This document shows positions 42,040-52,275 of a stretch of DNA of 64,000 bases, one piece after another. Each line of letters opens with the position of its first letter. Within the stretch, counting starts at the first letter, position 1. The translations under genes and the position numbers were made by a program. The DNA is taken from the IMG/VR virus record IMGVR_UViG_3300027899_000001, positions 1-64,000 of that record. One strand, 5' to 3'. The notes under the pieces are model-generated. The model was not told where the DNA came from. It searched no databases and was given only the letters and a program-made list of their open reading frames with translations.

Positions 42040-43113
42040 ATGAAACAATATTTAGATTTGTTACAAAATATACTTGATAATGGAGTAGAAAAAGAGTCAG
42101 GACGTACTAATATGCCAAATACTATAGGTATTTCTTATGGAAATATTCGTATGGATATGGCTGATGGATTTCCATTATTGACTACAAAGAAAATGTATCT
42201 TAAGGGTATTATTCATGAACTTCTTTGGTTCTTAAGAGGAGATACAAACATCAAATATCTTATAGATAATAACGTAAACATCTGGAACGGAGATGCATAC
42301 AGATGGTTTTTAAAACATTATGAAGAAGAATATGGAGATAAAGAATATAGAGAAGAACCTATTTCTCAAGAAGAATTTGTTAAAGTAATTAAAGAATGTG
42401 ATTATCCATTTGAATCTAATTCTAAAACTGGATATATGTTGGGTGATCTTGGAAAAGTTTATGGCTACCAATGGAGAAACCAAAATGGTGTCGATCAAAT
42501 TAAAGATGTTGTTGAAGGATTAAAAACAAATCCTTATTCTCGTTATCACATCATTGATGGTTGGAATAAAGCAGATTTTCCAGAAATGGCGCTTCCTCCA
42601 TGTCACTTACTGTATCAATTTATTGTAAGACCGTTAAGTCTTAAAGAGAGGAGTGATCTTGTAAAATCTAATATACTTGAAGTAAGTGAAAATATAAAAT
42701 GGCAACTAAGAGTTAGCCATGATGATCCATTTCATAAAATTTTAGATGAACAAAATATTCCTAAGTTTTATCTTGATCTTAATATGTATCAAAGATCTTG
42801 TGATACTTTCCTTGGAGTTCCTTTTAATATTGCATCGATGTCTACGCTTCTTATGATTATGGCAAAAGTATCTAATATGATACCAGGTATTGCAAATTGG
42901 ATAGGCGGAGATACTCATCTTTATGTTGATCACATTCCACAAGTAAAAGAACAATTAACAAGAGAACCTATTGATTTACCAACATTAATAATTGCTAAAA
43001 ATTTAAAAAATTTGGAAGATATACTTTCTTTAACAGTTGATGATTTTAAATTATTAGCATATGTAAGCCATGATACAATTAAAGCTGAATTATTTACAGG
43101 ATTAAAAAAATAA
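42040..43113 (+). CDS. thyA: Thymidylate synthase
   Basis: FPLLTTKK, ELLWFLRG, DLGKVYGYQWR, ALPPCH, YQRSCD and GDTHLY motifs. Confidence 0.95.
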   Translation: MKQYLDLLQNILDNGVEKESGRTNMPNTIGISYGNIRMDMADGFPLLTTKKMYLKGIIHELLWFLRGDTNIKYLIDNNVNIWNGDAYRWFLKHYEEEYGDKEYREEPISQEEFVKVIKECDYPFESNSKTGYMLGDLGKVYGYQWRNQNGVDQIKDVVEGLKTNPYSRYHIIDGWNKADFPEMALPPCHLLYQFIVRPLSLKERSDLVKSNILEVSENIKWQLRVSHDDPFHKILDEQNIPKFYLDLNMYQRSCDTFLGVPFNIASMSTLLMIMAKVSNMIPGIANWIGGDTHLYVDHIPQVKEQLTREPIDLPTLIIAKNLKNLEDILSLTVDDFKLLAYVSHDTIKAELFTGLKK

Positions 43114-43118
43114 AAAAT

Positions 43119-43295
43119 ATGGCGGCAGAAGAAATGGACAAATGCGTTATATGCAAACAGGATACTATTTATCCAAAAAATATGCATATTGATTTTCGTG
43201 AATATTATATTGAAGGGGCTGGACAACTTTGTAAGAATTGTCACGATAAGATATATAACATAAACGATGTTAGAAAGGATATTTCAAGCGATTAA
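43119..43295 (+). CDS. Small zinc-ribbon protein (58 aa, below ORF track cutoff)
   Basis: Translated manually: MAAEEMDKCVICKQDT...HIDFREYYIEGAGQLCKNC, with two CxxC motifs. Confidence 0.7.
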   Translation: MAAEEMDKCVICKQDTIYPKNMHIDFREYYIEGAGQLCKNCHDKIYNINDVRKDISSD

Positions 43296-43503
43296 AGAAT
43301 TCTATATTAGCCACGCACAACATTCATGGTTAGAAAGACATTTGTTATATTTTTTTATATTAGGCGCAATCGCAGCAATTATTTTAATTGCAATTATAAT
43401 TTTAAAAACAAATAGAGAAATTAAAAAAATGAATAAAGAAAAAAGAAGAAGAGATAAAAATCTTTTAAAATTTTTAAGTGATAAAAAAAATAAAACATGG
43501 TAA
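43267..43503 (+). CDS. Small single-pass membrane protein
   Basis: Hydrophobic segment LLYFFILGAIAAIILIAIIIL followed by a basic tail. Confidence 0.6.
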   Translation: MLERIFQAIKEFYISHAQHSWLERHLLYFFILGAIAAIILIAIIILKTNREIKKMNKEKRRRDKNLLKFLSDKKNKTW

Positions 43504-43528
43504 AAAATAAAACACTAATAATTAAAAT

Positions 43529-44359
43529 ATGGCAAAAATAAAAAAACTTGCAATGACCATAAATGCGTTTGACGCGTCAGAGCTTCTTGAATCATTAATA
43601 TCAGAAATACGCGATCAACTTGATTATGTTGCAGCATTTTATCAAAAAAGATCATATTGTGGAAATCCAATGGACCCTAAAGATTTTGAAGAATTGAAAC
43701 GTTTAAATTCTTTAGGATTAATTGATGAACTAATAGAATTTCCAACAAATTTTAATAAGCCTCATAGAGAACAAGAGACGGATAAAAGAAATATGGGTAT
43801 TAATATGATGAAAGAAAAAGGATTTTCTCACATATTAAATATCGATGCAGATGAATTTTATGATAAAGATCAATTTAGAGAAGCTAAAAAACAAATAGAT
43901 GAAAATGGATGGCCAATTACTTATTGGAGTTATGTAAATTATTATCGAGATTTTGAACATTATCTAGTTTATCCATTTAGACCTTTCGTTCCAGGTATAC
44001 ATTCAACGTACTTTACATATACCTTCAACGGGCCAGCTCCAGGACCCACAGACCCCACTCGGCGCATCTTAAACCCTATGAATATAGGTACATACCTCTT
44101 CCCAGACGAAGTGATTAGAATGGGGCACGGTGCATGGGTGCGTAAAGATATTAGAAAGAAATTAGAGAACTGGAGTGCTAAAGATCATTTTCCAAAATCG
44201 CTTATCGATACTGCGGTACACAGATGGGAGAATTGGAAAGAAGGTGATAATGCTATCATGTTATTCAATGTCCCTGATAACAATGTATATGTACGAAAAT
44301 TAGATGTTAAAATACATAAATTTGAAGTACCATGGTTAAAACAAACAAAAGAGGCTTAA
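43529..44359 (+). CDS. GT-A fold (family 2-like) glycosyltransferase
   Basis: N-terminal Rossmann-like strand, ETDKRN and ILNIDADEFY (DxD) motifs. Confidence 0.7.
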   Translation: MAKIKKLAMTINAFDASELLESLISEIRDQLDYVAAFYQKRSYCGNPMDPKDFEELKRLNSLGLIDELIEFPTNFNKPHREQETDKRNMGINMMKEKGFSHILNIDADEFYDKDQFREAKKQIDENGWPITYWSYVNYYRDFEHYLVYPFRPFVPGIHSTYFTYTFNGPAPGPTDPTRRILNPMNIGTYLFPDEVIRMGHGAWVRKDIRKKLENWSAKDHFPKSLIDTAVHRWENWKEGDNAIMLFNVPDNNVYVRKLDVKIHKFEVPWLKQTKEA

Positions 44360-44370
44360 TCCTCTTTTTT
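44347..44370. terminator. Bidirectional terminator at the convergence of the + and - gene blocks
   Basis: AAAAGAGG-CTTAAT-CCTCTTTT with A and T runs on either side. Confidence 0.7.
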
Positions 44371-44832
44371 CTTTAATGGAAGTTCTATTCCAAGTTCCTT
44401 ACATTTTTTATTAAATTTCCAGTCTAAACTGTGTATTGTTCTTGCACCTATATTTCCTTCCCATCTACCAGTATTTTCTATAATTTGAATATAAATCATT
44501 TTTCCTGGACCAGAAGTTTGAAAATTAAATGTATGCCCTTTTAATTCAACTGATGCAAATGTGCTTCCCATTTCAGCATTAGGATTATTTTTAAGATAAA
44601 AGGCGTATTTTCTATTAAAATAAAATGCAACACTATATCTAACTATTTTTTTAAGATTATCTAAGGTTTCTATGACTTCTGAAAAATCTAAATCATCTAC
44701 TTGCAATCCTATATATTGTTCTAGTTTTTTATGATTATCTTGCATTTCTGCATATTCAGGGTGTCCAATACCCATATCATGAATAGCATCAGATTCTTCT
44801 GTAAATTTTTCGTTTATATAACGTGCTTTCAT
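44356..44832 (-). CDS. Hypothetical protein with shared EKF-SDP-DMGIG leader
   Basis: MKARYINEKFTEESDAIHDMGIG N-terminus. Confidence 0.75.
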   Translation of the reverse strand: MKARYINEKFTEESDAIHDMGIGHPEYAEMQDNHKKLEQYIGLQVDDLDFSEVIETLDNLKKIVRYSVAFYFNRKYAFYLKNNPNAEMGSTFASVELKGHTFNFQTSGPGKMIYIQIIENTGRWEGNIGARTIHSLDWKFNKKCKELGIELPLKKKED

Positions 44833-45371
44833 TAAATTTTTTTGATTTTCATTGATTCGTCCAACGATTCAGGAACTAATTTATTTTCTTTAACTGGGCC
44901 TTTTTTTCTTTCCAGTCTTCTACTTGGAGTAACATCAGTTGCATCTGCATAATATTGTATTGGTTCTGGTATAATAAGTTTAACTGTTAAAGGATCTATT
45001 TTTATATTTCTTTGCGTTGCTTCATCTTGAATAACATAATATTTAATAGCACCATTATCAGTAATAATTATTTTATTAACAATACCTTTCACTTCTTTCT
45101 TTGATGGATTTGCGTTAGATCTTATAGGCTGTCCTGTAATAACTGAACCTATTTGTATTTGTGAAACTTGATCATTTGTAACTGTAGGCAATTGTTCTAA
45201 TGTATGATTAAGAGGTTTAATTTCATAAGTATACATTAAATTTGGCCCACCCATATTAGAGGCTCCACCGAATCCTCCACGAGAAGTTGCACCCATTCCA
45301 CCAATTCTTCCTGATGTAAATGAGAATCCAGCGCCGTAACCTTCTTTAAGTTTCTTTTTCTTCTTAATCAT
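44832..45371 (-). CDS. Hypothetical Gly-rich protein with SH3-like region (start moved to MIKKKKKLKEG)
   Basis: The promoter motif at 45391-45399 lies inside the longer ORF call, so the ATG at 45371 is preferred. Confidence 0.65.
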   Translation of the reverse strand: MIKKKKKLKEGYGAGFSFTSGRIGGMGATSRGGFGGASNMGGPNLMYTYEIKPLNHTLEQLPTVTNDQVSQIQIGSVITGQPIRSNANPSKKEVKGIVNKIIITDNGAIKYYVIQDEATQRNIKIDPLTVKLIIPEPIQYYADATDVTPSRRLERKKGPVKENKLVPESLDESMKIKKI

Positions 45372-45418
45372 TGATAAAAAGTATTTTTTATATATATTCT
45401 TTTCTTTATGATTCAAAT

Positions 45419-45445
45419 AACAAAAGGATCCGAAGATCCTTTGTT
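45419..45445 (-). terminator. Terminator hairpin with UUCG loop
   Basis: Minus strand AACAAAGGATC-TTCG-GATCCTTTTGTT. Confidence 0.8.
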
Positions 45446-45464
45446 AATATTTTAAGAATAAATG

Positions 45465-47117
45465 TTATTGCATTACATCTTCTCTTTTTCCCATTTTAAA
45501 TCCCGGAAATGCTTGTCTAAACATATCCATAGCTTTTTTGTACTTATCATGTTTACCATCTTTAATATCACCGGTTTGTTCGTGTATATAATCATGTGTT
45601 TCAACAATAAGGAATAAAGCTTTAGCTGCTAATGATGCATCTCCAAGATCAATGAAATATTGAACATAATTCTCAAGTTGTTGAGCAGTTAATGTCATAT
45701 CTCTTGAATTAGAACAAGCTGCTCCAATTAAAGCGTTTGCTTGTGCAATATCAAATCCTGTTCCTTTTTTCTTTGGTTTGGGTGCTTTCGCAGGATTGGT
45801 AAAGATTAATTTAATTTCTTCGGGTCTAAATGATTCAAGAAGAGTTAAAAATGCCATAAATGATTCAACTGTTTTTGAATGAATTGTTCCACCAATTAAA
45901 TCTTCCATATCAGCTCTGTTAAATACAATATCACCATATTCTTGACAAGCACCTAACATATCTGAAAGTGCTTCCCATGTACGAGGAGTTGTATTAACTT
46001 TAGTTTGGTTATCAAATAGATAGAAATGATCACGGTTAAAATCGATAAAGTCTGTGATTCTTGAATCAATTTTCTTTCCTTTTGCCCATGTAATCCATTC
46101 GTCTACGGTAGGAACAAAGTTAAAGTGTTGGAAACGGTTTGCAAGTGCAGAACCAATTTCTGTTTGGCCGCCTTCCGGGTCATCTAATGGACGGTTTGTT
46201 GCAGCAACTATAGCCCATTTGCTTCCTAATACTCTATCACCAATAACTCTTTCATTAACAAGTTTTAAGCAAGTATTTTGTACTTCTTCTTTAGCTCTTG
46301 AAAGTTCATCTAAGAATATAATTCCGCCATTACCCATATTAGCTACATCATTTCTTCTTGCATTTTCTTCAGGATCATCACTTGGTTCATAAACTGGAAG
46401 CCAGTTTTTAGGAATATCAATAGCCATTTTTGTTCCTGTATCTGTAACACTTACAATTGCGGGAAGTGCCCAGTCATCTGGCATCATCTTTGCAGTTTGA
46501 ACGTCTATAAGTCTATAGCCAGGTCCTAATGATTTAATAACTCCACCAGTGATAGCTGTTTTTCCAATTCCAGGAGCGCCCCAAAGAAGTGGAGGCATAA
46601 GTTTTGGATTTCTAACTTGCATGATAATTCTTTTAACAAGAAAATCCGAATGCACGTTTCTCATTTTATCTTCACCTGAATATTTTGTTCCAACAACTGC
46701 TTCAAAAAGTTTTGCTTCTCTTCTATAAGATGTACTTTCTCTTAGTTTAAGTCTTCCTCTTGTTTTATTTTTTGCAGCTTGTTCTAGATATTCTTTATGA
46801 ACTCTATCCATAATAGCCTGTCCACTTTTATATTTAGCTAAAGCGGGTTCTAATTTAATATCTTCATCATTTGGTATGTAATCAACAAAGCCATCTATTT
46901 TTCCTTGTGAATATAATATACCTATATTTACTGGAGCCATAGCGGGAATAGCTTTATCACCAAAAAATCCGATAAAGAATTTTCCGATTTTCTTAAAAAG
47001 CCCTCCAATAAGACCTTTAGCTTTACCAACCACATCTCCAAATTTACCTTCATTAAGGGATTGTCCTCCTTTTATTTGTAAGGTTTCTTCAATTGATTCA
47101 GGAACAAGTTTTTTCAT
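45465..47117 (-). CDS. MoxR-like AAA+ ATPase
   Basis: Walker A GAPGIGKT, Walker B IIFLDE, sensor AATN, ANRF arginine finger and TPRTWE. Confidence 0.85.
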   Translation of the reverse strand: MKKLVPESIEETLQIKGGQSLNEGKFGDVVGKAKGLIGGLFKKIGKFFIGFFGDKAIPAMAPVNIGILYSQGKIDGFVDYIPNDEDIKLEPALAKYKSGQAIMDRVHKEYLEQAAKNKTRGRLKLRESTSYRREAKLFEAVVGTKYSGEDKMRNVHSDFLVKRIIMQVRNPKLMPPLLWGAPGIGKTAITGGVIKSLGPGYRLIDVQTAKMMPDDWALPAIVSVTDTGTKMAIDIPKNWLPVYEPSDDPEENARRNDVANMGNGGIIFLDELSRAKEEVQNTCLKLVNERVIGDRVLGSKWAIVAATNRPLDDPEGGQTEIGSALANRFQHFNFVPTVDEWITWAKGKKIDSRITDFIDFNRDHFYLFDNQTKVNTTPRTWEALSDMLGACQEYGDIVFNRADMEDLIGGTIHSKTVESFMAFLTLLESFRPEEIKLIFTNPAKAPKPKKKGTGFDIAQANALIGAACSNSRDMTLTAQQLENYVQYFIDLGDASLAAKALFLIVETHDYIHEQTGDIKDGKHDKYKKAMDMFRQAFPGFKMGKREDVMQ

Positions 47118-47163
47118 AATGTTATTTTTATTATTTTTATTTTATATATTCTTTATTTATTTA

Positions 47164-49200
47164 TTAAATATCACTAACAGATGTATGTATTACCTTTCCG
47201 AATGGTGCTTCCCACTGGAAGTTATCGTATATAACCCAAATGAATTTTCTAAAATATTTAGGAACTCTTGGATTTGATGCATAACCATCAGTTAAGAAAA
47301 TACAAAGATTAATAGCATCATTGAAATTATCTCTAATCCAATCAAGTGGTTTCTGGAAGTCTGTGCCTCCACCACCTTTGATATTCTTTGGTCTCCACAC
47401 TTTAGCACCATGAGGTTTAACTGTTTGAACAGAACCTGGATCTACTCCATCATCAAAGAATATAACTGTAACTTCTTTAATTTTCTTTGCAAATATGATA
47501 TCATTCACTTCACCAATAAGTTTATCAAATGTATTTCCATGAAACATTGATCCTGAAACGTCTACAGCTACAACAACTTTCTTTATTGCATCTACTTTAG
47601 GTTTCATACCACGTTTTAGATATTCATCGCTTTTATATAAGTGTTTTTTAGCACCAATTCTAAATTGTTTTTCTGGTGATAATGCACTTCCTACGAATAG
47701 TTTTAATTGTGCTCTCCAGTCTACAGTTCCTTTAAGGAGTTTTCCTAATTTATTAATAAGAGCATCGCCTCTACCACTTCCAGCTTGTTTTAGTTTTTCA
47801 GCAGTTTTTTGAATTTCTCTTGCATTTGATTCCCATTTAGCTCTTCCAGATTCGCCAGCTTTCATTTCTTCATCATCATATCCAGAAGCTCTTGCTATTT
47901 GTTCTCCTAATTTAGGATCAATAAATCCCCCCGCTCTACCGCGATCTGCATTTTGCATTCTTCTTGAAAGACCAGCTTGTTCTTCAGTTAATCCAGATTT
48001 TTTATCTGCTATTTGCATTTCGCCCGTTTGACTAGCAATTGCTTTAGCAGTTTCTTTAGATCCACCGGGTTTACTTTCTTTTCCTTCACCTTTGTCTCCG
48101 CCTTCGCCTTCTCCTGAACCGCTACCTTTACCTGGTTTTGATTCACCCGGTTTTGGTTCTCCTTTTTTACCCTTACCTTGGCCTTCACCTTCACCGCCTT
48201 CTTCACCTTCTTCTCCTGGCTCTTGTTCATATTCACCTTGAATATCTATGCCGCCACCACCGCCACCGCCACCTTGTGATTTAGGTGGAGGAGGAAGAAT
48301 AGGTATAAGATCTTCTGCTTTATAGCTTTCATTAATAAATGGGTGCATTATATAAGCTTCATTAATAGGATCAACTTCAAATGTTCCATCAGGATTAATA
48401 CTTTTAATAATACCCTTTCCACCTGTAGCTTTAATTCTAACTTTAGTTCCTGGAGTTAATTCAATTTCACCTTTTTGTGGTGGTTGAGGAGGTCCTGGAG
48501 GTCCTGGAGGTGGAGCGGTTTTAGGTAATTTAGTAGGATCAATCTTAATTGGAGGAGGCGGTGGAGGCAATGGAGGCATATTTTTAATTATGTCATGATA
48601 AATTTGCTCCACAGGAAGATTAAGATATTTTTTATCATATAATCCTTTAATTTCATCTTTAACAAATTTTTCGTCAAAGTCATCAGTTGTATCAACAATG
48701 ATTGTATTAATTTCAAAATCTCCTGCAATATTAAATACTTCTTGATTAAATCCCGCTCCTCTTTCCATATGCATTAAAATACAATGGTAAATTTCATGAA
48801 TAAGAACAAATATCTTAGCCATCCAAGAAAGACTATCTGCGAATTCTGGATTAACAAATAATCTAACTCCATCAGTTGCCATTGTCTGAACTGCCCAAGT
48901 ATAGATAATTGGATCAAATTCATGAATAAAGGGACGATAAAGAGGAGATTGAGTTACGATTTTATATTTAGCAGCTTCCATATCCTTTTTAACTTTCTTT
49001 ACATTTATAGTTTTTCCAGTATAAGGTGAAACACATTCTTCCATATCCTCAATTCTTGGAATTTTAGCAGCTTGATCTGCTAACATCGCTCCAGTCATTT
49101 TTGGTTGTGTTGCTTCATTAATCTTTCCAGAAGGATTTAACTTTTTTAGAAAGTCCTCTAACAATGGATAAAAATTGTAATTTATTTCTTCTTTTTTCAT
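47164..49200 (-). CDS. DUF2201-like metallopeptidase plus VWA domain protein (MoxR partner)
   Basis: TMATDG, HEIYH (HExxH), Pro/Gly-rich linker, MIDAS DVSGS, GGGTDF and LTDG. Confidence 0.85.
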   Translation of the reverse strand: MKKEEINYNFYPLLEDFLKKLNPSGKINEATQPKMTGAMLADQAAKIPRIEDMEECVSPYTGKTINVKKVKKDMEAAKYKIVTQSPLYRPFIHEFDPIIYTWAVQTMATDGVRLFVNPEFADSLSWMAKIFVLIHEIYHCILMHMERGAGFNQEVFNIAGDFEINTIIVDTTDDFDEKFVKDEIKGLYDKKYLNLPVEQIYHDIIKNMPPLPPPPPPIKIDPTKLPKTAPPPGPPGPPQPPQKGEIELTPGTKVRIKATGGKGIIKSINPDGTFEVDPINEAYIMHPFINESYKAEDLIPILPPPPKSQGGGGGGGGIDIQGEYEQEPGEEGEEGGEGEGQGKGKKGEPKPGESKPGKGSGSGEGEGGDKGEGKESKPGGSKETAKAIASQTGEMQIADKKSGLTEEQAGLSRRMQNADRGRAGGFIDPKLGEQIARASGYDDEEMKAGESGRAKWESNAREIQKTAEKLKQAGSGRGDALINKLGKLLKGTVDWRAQLKLFVGSALSPEKQFRIGAKKHLYKSDEYLKRGMKPKVDAIKKVVVAVDVSGSMFHGNTFDKLIGEVNDIIFAKKIKEVTVIFFDDGVDPGSVQTVKPHGAKVWRPKNIKGGGGTDFQKPLDWIRDNFNDAINLCIFLTDGYASNPRVPKYFRKFIWVIYDNFQWEAPFGKVIHTSVSDI

Positions 49201-49209
49201 TTTTATTTT

Positions 49210-49860
49210 TTATTTTTCAATTGATATTAGCATTCCTCCGATTTTACAACCACGAGTTATTATTTCTTTTGTTAAATATTCTGATTCTGTAAAAAGTATA
49301 TTTCCTGTAACTTCTCCAGGAAAATGTTTTAGTGATTGTATAGGATTATTAAATATATGTAAATCTCCTGTCACACGTCTAGGAATATATTTAAGATCTG
49401 TTAAATTATTATCATTTATATAAATTGATCCAGTTATTATTTCTGCTATTCCTTGAAGAGTTTCTAATTGATTATGACTTGCGCCATAAGATTCTTTAAC
49501 TATTCTAGGACTAAATTTTAATGTAGTTAATTTATTATTGCTACACATAAAAGATCCTGAAACACTATAAGGAACTCCTTGTAAAGATATTAAATTATTA
49601 TTACTTATATGAAATCCCCCCATAATATGATTAAATATTATATAATCTGGAAGATTATTTAAATTTTTATGATCTAATAAAACAGATTTATATACATTTA
49701 TTAAAAATTTTTTGGTTAATTTATATTCGTCTATGTTCATAGAATCTAACCAATTCTCAATACTTTTTTTAGCGCCTATTCCCATATCGTTAACAGGATC
49801 GCCAGTTTCTGTAAAGCTCATATAATTATTTTCATATAATATTTCTTTTACCAATTTCAT
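49210..49860 (-). CDS. LRR-like/pentapeptide-type repeat protein with degenerate shared leader
   Basis: SFTETGDPVNDMGIG leader; repeats of L.SL.G.P..V.G.F.C..N. Confidence 0.7.
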   Translation of the reverse strand: MKLVKEILYENNYMSFTETGDPVNDMGIGAKKSIENWLDSMNIDEYKLTKKFLINVYKSVLLDHKNLNNLPDYIIFNHIMGGFHISNNNLISLQGVPYSVSGSFMCSNNKLTTLKFSPRIVKESYGASHNQLETLQGIAEIITGSIYINDNNLTDLKYIPRRVTGDLHIFNNPIQSLKHFPGEVTGNILFTESEYLTKEIITRGCKIGGMLISIEK

Positions 49861-50867
49861 TATAATATAGTCATGTATTCAATTTGAACTGCAAATGTTT
49901 GTGGATTAAATAAATAAAAGCCTTTAATTAAGTTTTTAGTATTTGAATTCTCCGGATCTTGAGCAGCTAACCATGCTCTCAATATTCCTACTTTTTCCCA
50001 TTTTTGATTTGTTTGTACATAATCAAGATAATCTGCTGCAGACATTACTTCATCTGTGCTTTGTGCATTCATTCCAACATCTACTTGTTTTTCATATCTT
50101 ACATAAGAATCAGTAAGTCCTGTACTTGGTTCATAATAAACTAACGTATCAGGAGTATGATTAATATCAATATATAATGTTGCTTCATCAGTTATTGAAG
50201 TAGGATAAGTCACTTTAAGTAAATAACCTAACATTGCACCATTTGAATATTTAAAAGCAGGAATAGCAGATGATGCATCTTCATTTAATAATTGGCTTGC
50301 AATCGATGTATCTGGTAAGAATAAACTTACATCTACTCCTGTTATATTATAATTGTAACCTAATTGTGTACCTGTAAAAGATAAAGAACTTGCATCATAA
50401 GTTGCTGTTACACTTATTCCTCTTGTTCCAAATTCAATATTAAGAGCATCTTCTATATCTATACCATTTACATAATCTCCAGTAGCATGTATTAATGTTT
50501 GATAATATCTAAAATTAGTATAGTAGTTAATAGAAAGATCTACACTCATATAAAAAGCATCATCGGAACCTACATAAGCAACTGATCCATCTAATAAAAA
50601 TTTTTGATATTTATAAGAAATTCCTTTTGTTAGTCCTTGAATATAAATAACTTCTCCTGGTTGTAAAACTTGAGTTTGTTTAACCCAAGATGTTACAATT
50701 TGAGATATGTCTGATAAATCTATCGCGCCTAAAATAGAACTTCCCGATACTATTCCAGCTTGACGATTAGGTAAAAATTCAAAATTCATAGAATCTGAAT
50801 CGCCTGGGCATGATGGTAAATCAGGATTAATATAATCATTAGAAGTGTTATTGAATAAATCTGCCAT
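49860..50867 (-). CDS. Hypothetical beta-rich protein, probably structural
   Basis: 335-aa ORF rich in D-x-S, like the virion proteins of this window. Confidence 0.6.
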   Translation of the reverse strand: MADLFNNTSNDYINPDLPSCPGDSDSMNFEFLPNRQAGIVSGSSILGAIDLSDISQIVTSWVKQTQVLQPGEVIYIQGLTKGISYKYQKFLLDGSVAYVGSDDAFYMSVDLSINYYTNFRYYQTLIHATGDYVNGIDIEDALNIEFGTRGISVTATYDASSLSFTGTQLGYNYNITGVDVSLFLPDTSIASQLLNEDASSAIPAFKYSNGAMLGYLLKVTYPTSITDEATLYIDINHTPDTLVYYEPSTGLTDSYVRYEKQVDVGMNAQSTDEVMSAADYLDYVQTNQKWEKVGILRAWLAAQDPENSNTKNLIKGFYLFNPQTFAVQIEYMTIL

Positions 50868-50905
50868 AATGGTTTAATTATTTTATTTATTTATTCAAAT
50901 TCTAA

Positions 50906-51262
50906 TTACATATCTGAATCATTTTTTAGAGTAATATATTTCATTGAAGAAAACCATTTTCTAGTTTTTAAATAATTATAATTATTTTCATTTTTATATG
51001 CTTCTCTTTCAAAAGAAATATTCCTATATCCTTTTTTTCCATATATTATTGTTTTATAAACCCATTCTATTAAATACCATATATAAAAAGGAATTATTAA
51101 CATTTCTATTTGTTGTTTCCAGTGTATAGATTCATGAATAATCATATTTTGATGATTTAAATATTTGGATCTAAGAAAAATTCCAAAGGGTGCTAATGTT
51201 ATTCCTATAACATTTTCTTTAAGAAGAAACAAAAGAAAATTTCCCATTTTTTTAATTTTCAT
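50906..51262 (-). CDS. Small HExxH protein (putative zinc metallopeptidase-like)
   Basis: GITLAPFGIF...IHESIHWKQQ.E...ISFEREAY. Confidence 0.65.
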   Translation of the reverse strand: MKIKKMGNFLLFLLKENVIGITLAPFGIFLRSKYLNHQNMIIHESIHWKQQIEMLIIPFYIWYLIEWVYKTIIYGKKGYRNISFEREAYKNENNYNYLKTRKWFSSMKYITLKNDSDM

Positions 51263-52227
51263 AATAACGATTTTATATATTTTACAAATAAACCGTGTTC
51301 TTTTTCTCTTCTACTTTTTAATCCAGGAAATTTCTTTGATACGCTAGTAGTTTTTATACTATCAGCTGCTCCTTTATAATCTTTTTTTCTTAATTGTTGA
51401 GCAAATTGTGTTTGTCTAAATTTTGATACTCCCATATTAAATGCCATTGATACCATTGCATCAAACATACCTTGAGTTATTTTTGGCTTTATTCCTTTTT
51501 CTTGCCAATCTAATAACATCCTTTTTACTCCCTTTTCAGCTAATGATAAATCGCCTTTAAATAATTCTTCAGCTTGTTCTTTAGTAATTTTATCACCTTC
51601 TTTATAATTAGCGCTTGTTGCTGGCTCTGCGTGACCCCATCCAATAGTTATCATTCCATCTGATTTTTCTTTTATCTCGCCCGTTTTCTTATCTTTTACT
51701 TTATATCTATTTACATATGCAGTTAAATGAAGTTCTTCATGATATTTTATTAAATCTATTCCTTCTTGAGAAGTTTTTGCAGAATTAATATTTATGACCT
51801 TAATAGCTATATCTTTTTTAGTTTCACCCTTTATATCTCGTATTGCTTTTGGATTTATTAATGAAGAAGCAACATTTTTTACTTCTTTTATATTAATTTG
51901 ATTTGATTTTGAAAGTTTTTCAGCAGCTTGTTCTATTTTAATTTTTTGTGCGGGTCCAGTATTTGAAAGAACACTATTCTTGTTTATCATGTTCATTGAA
52001 AACAAGAATATTAAAATAGTAATTATATATTTTTTTGTTGTAAAATTATGTTCTTTATTGAACTGATTAATAAGTTTTTGTGCTGCAGCTTTTTTATCAG
52101 ATATCTTATTTAATAAATTAGTTATTTTAGTAAAATCCAAACTTTCGTTTAAAGATTCTTGTAATAATAAATTTAAATAATATTCATCATTTTGAATTGT
52201 ATATTCTTTATAAGAAATAAACTTCAT
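51259..52227 (-). CDS. GH24 phage lysozyme with long N-terminal extension
   Basis: TSQEGIDLIKYHE...DGMITIGWGH, FDAMVSMAFNMG and GLKSRREKE motifs. Confidence 0.88.
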   Translation of the reverse strand: MKFISYKEYTIQNDEYYLNLLLQESLNESLDFTKITNLLNKISDKKAAAQKLINQFNKEHNFTTKKYIITILIFLFSMNMINKNSVLSNTGPAQKIKIEQAAEKLSKSNQINIKEVKNVASSLINPKAIRDIKGETKKDIAIKVININSAKTSQEGIDLIKYHEELHLTAYVNRYKVKDKKTGEIKEKSDGMITIGWGHAEPATSANYKEGDKITKEQAEELFKGDLSLAEKGVKRMLLDWQEKGIKPKITQGMFDAMVSMAFNMGVSKFRQTQFAQQLRKKDYKGAADSIKTTSVSKKFPGLKSRREKEHGLFVKYIKSLL

Positions 52228-52249
52228 CGTTTTATTTTATTTATCTCAT

Positions 52250-52275
52250 AAAAAAAAGAGGCATTACGCCTCTTT
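52250..52275 (-). terminator. Rho-independent terminator
   Basis: Minus strand AAAGAGGC-GTAAT-GCCTCTTT followed by a T run. Confidence 0.8.

Noticed and set aside
42040-43113. Group I intron or intein in thyA (two insertions relative to E. coli ThyA)
   Set aside because: The frame is continuous, the insertions are short, and no intein ends or intron core motifs are visible.
45372-45416. Upstream extension MNHKEKNIY of ORF 44832-45416, resembling the MNH start of the HNH genes
   Set aside because: It overlaps the promoter motif and abuts the upstream terminator, and no HNH residues follow; coincidental.
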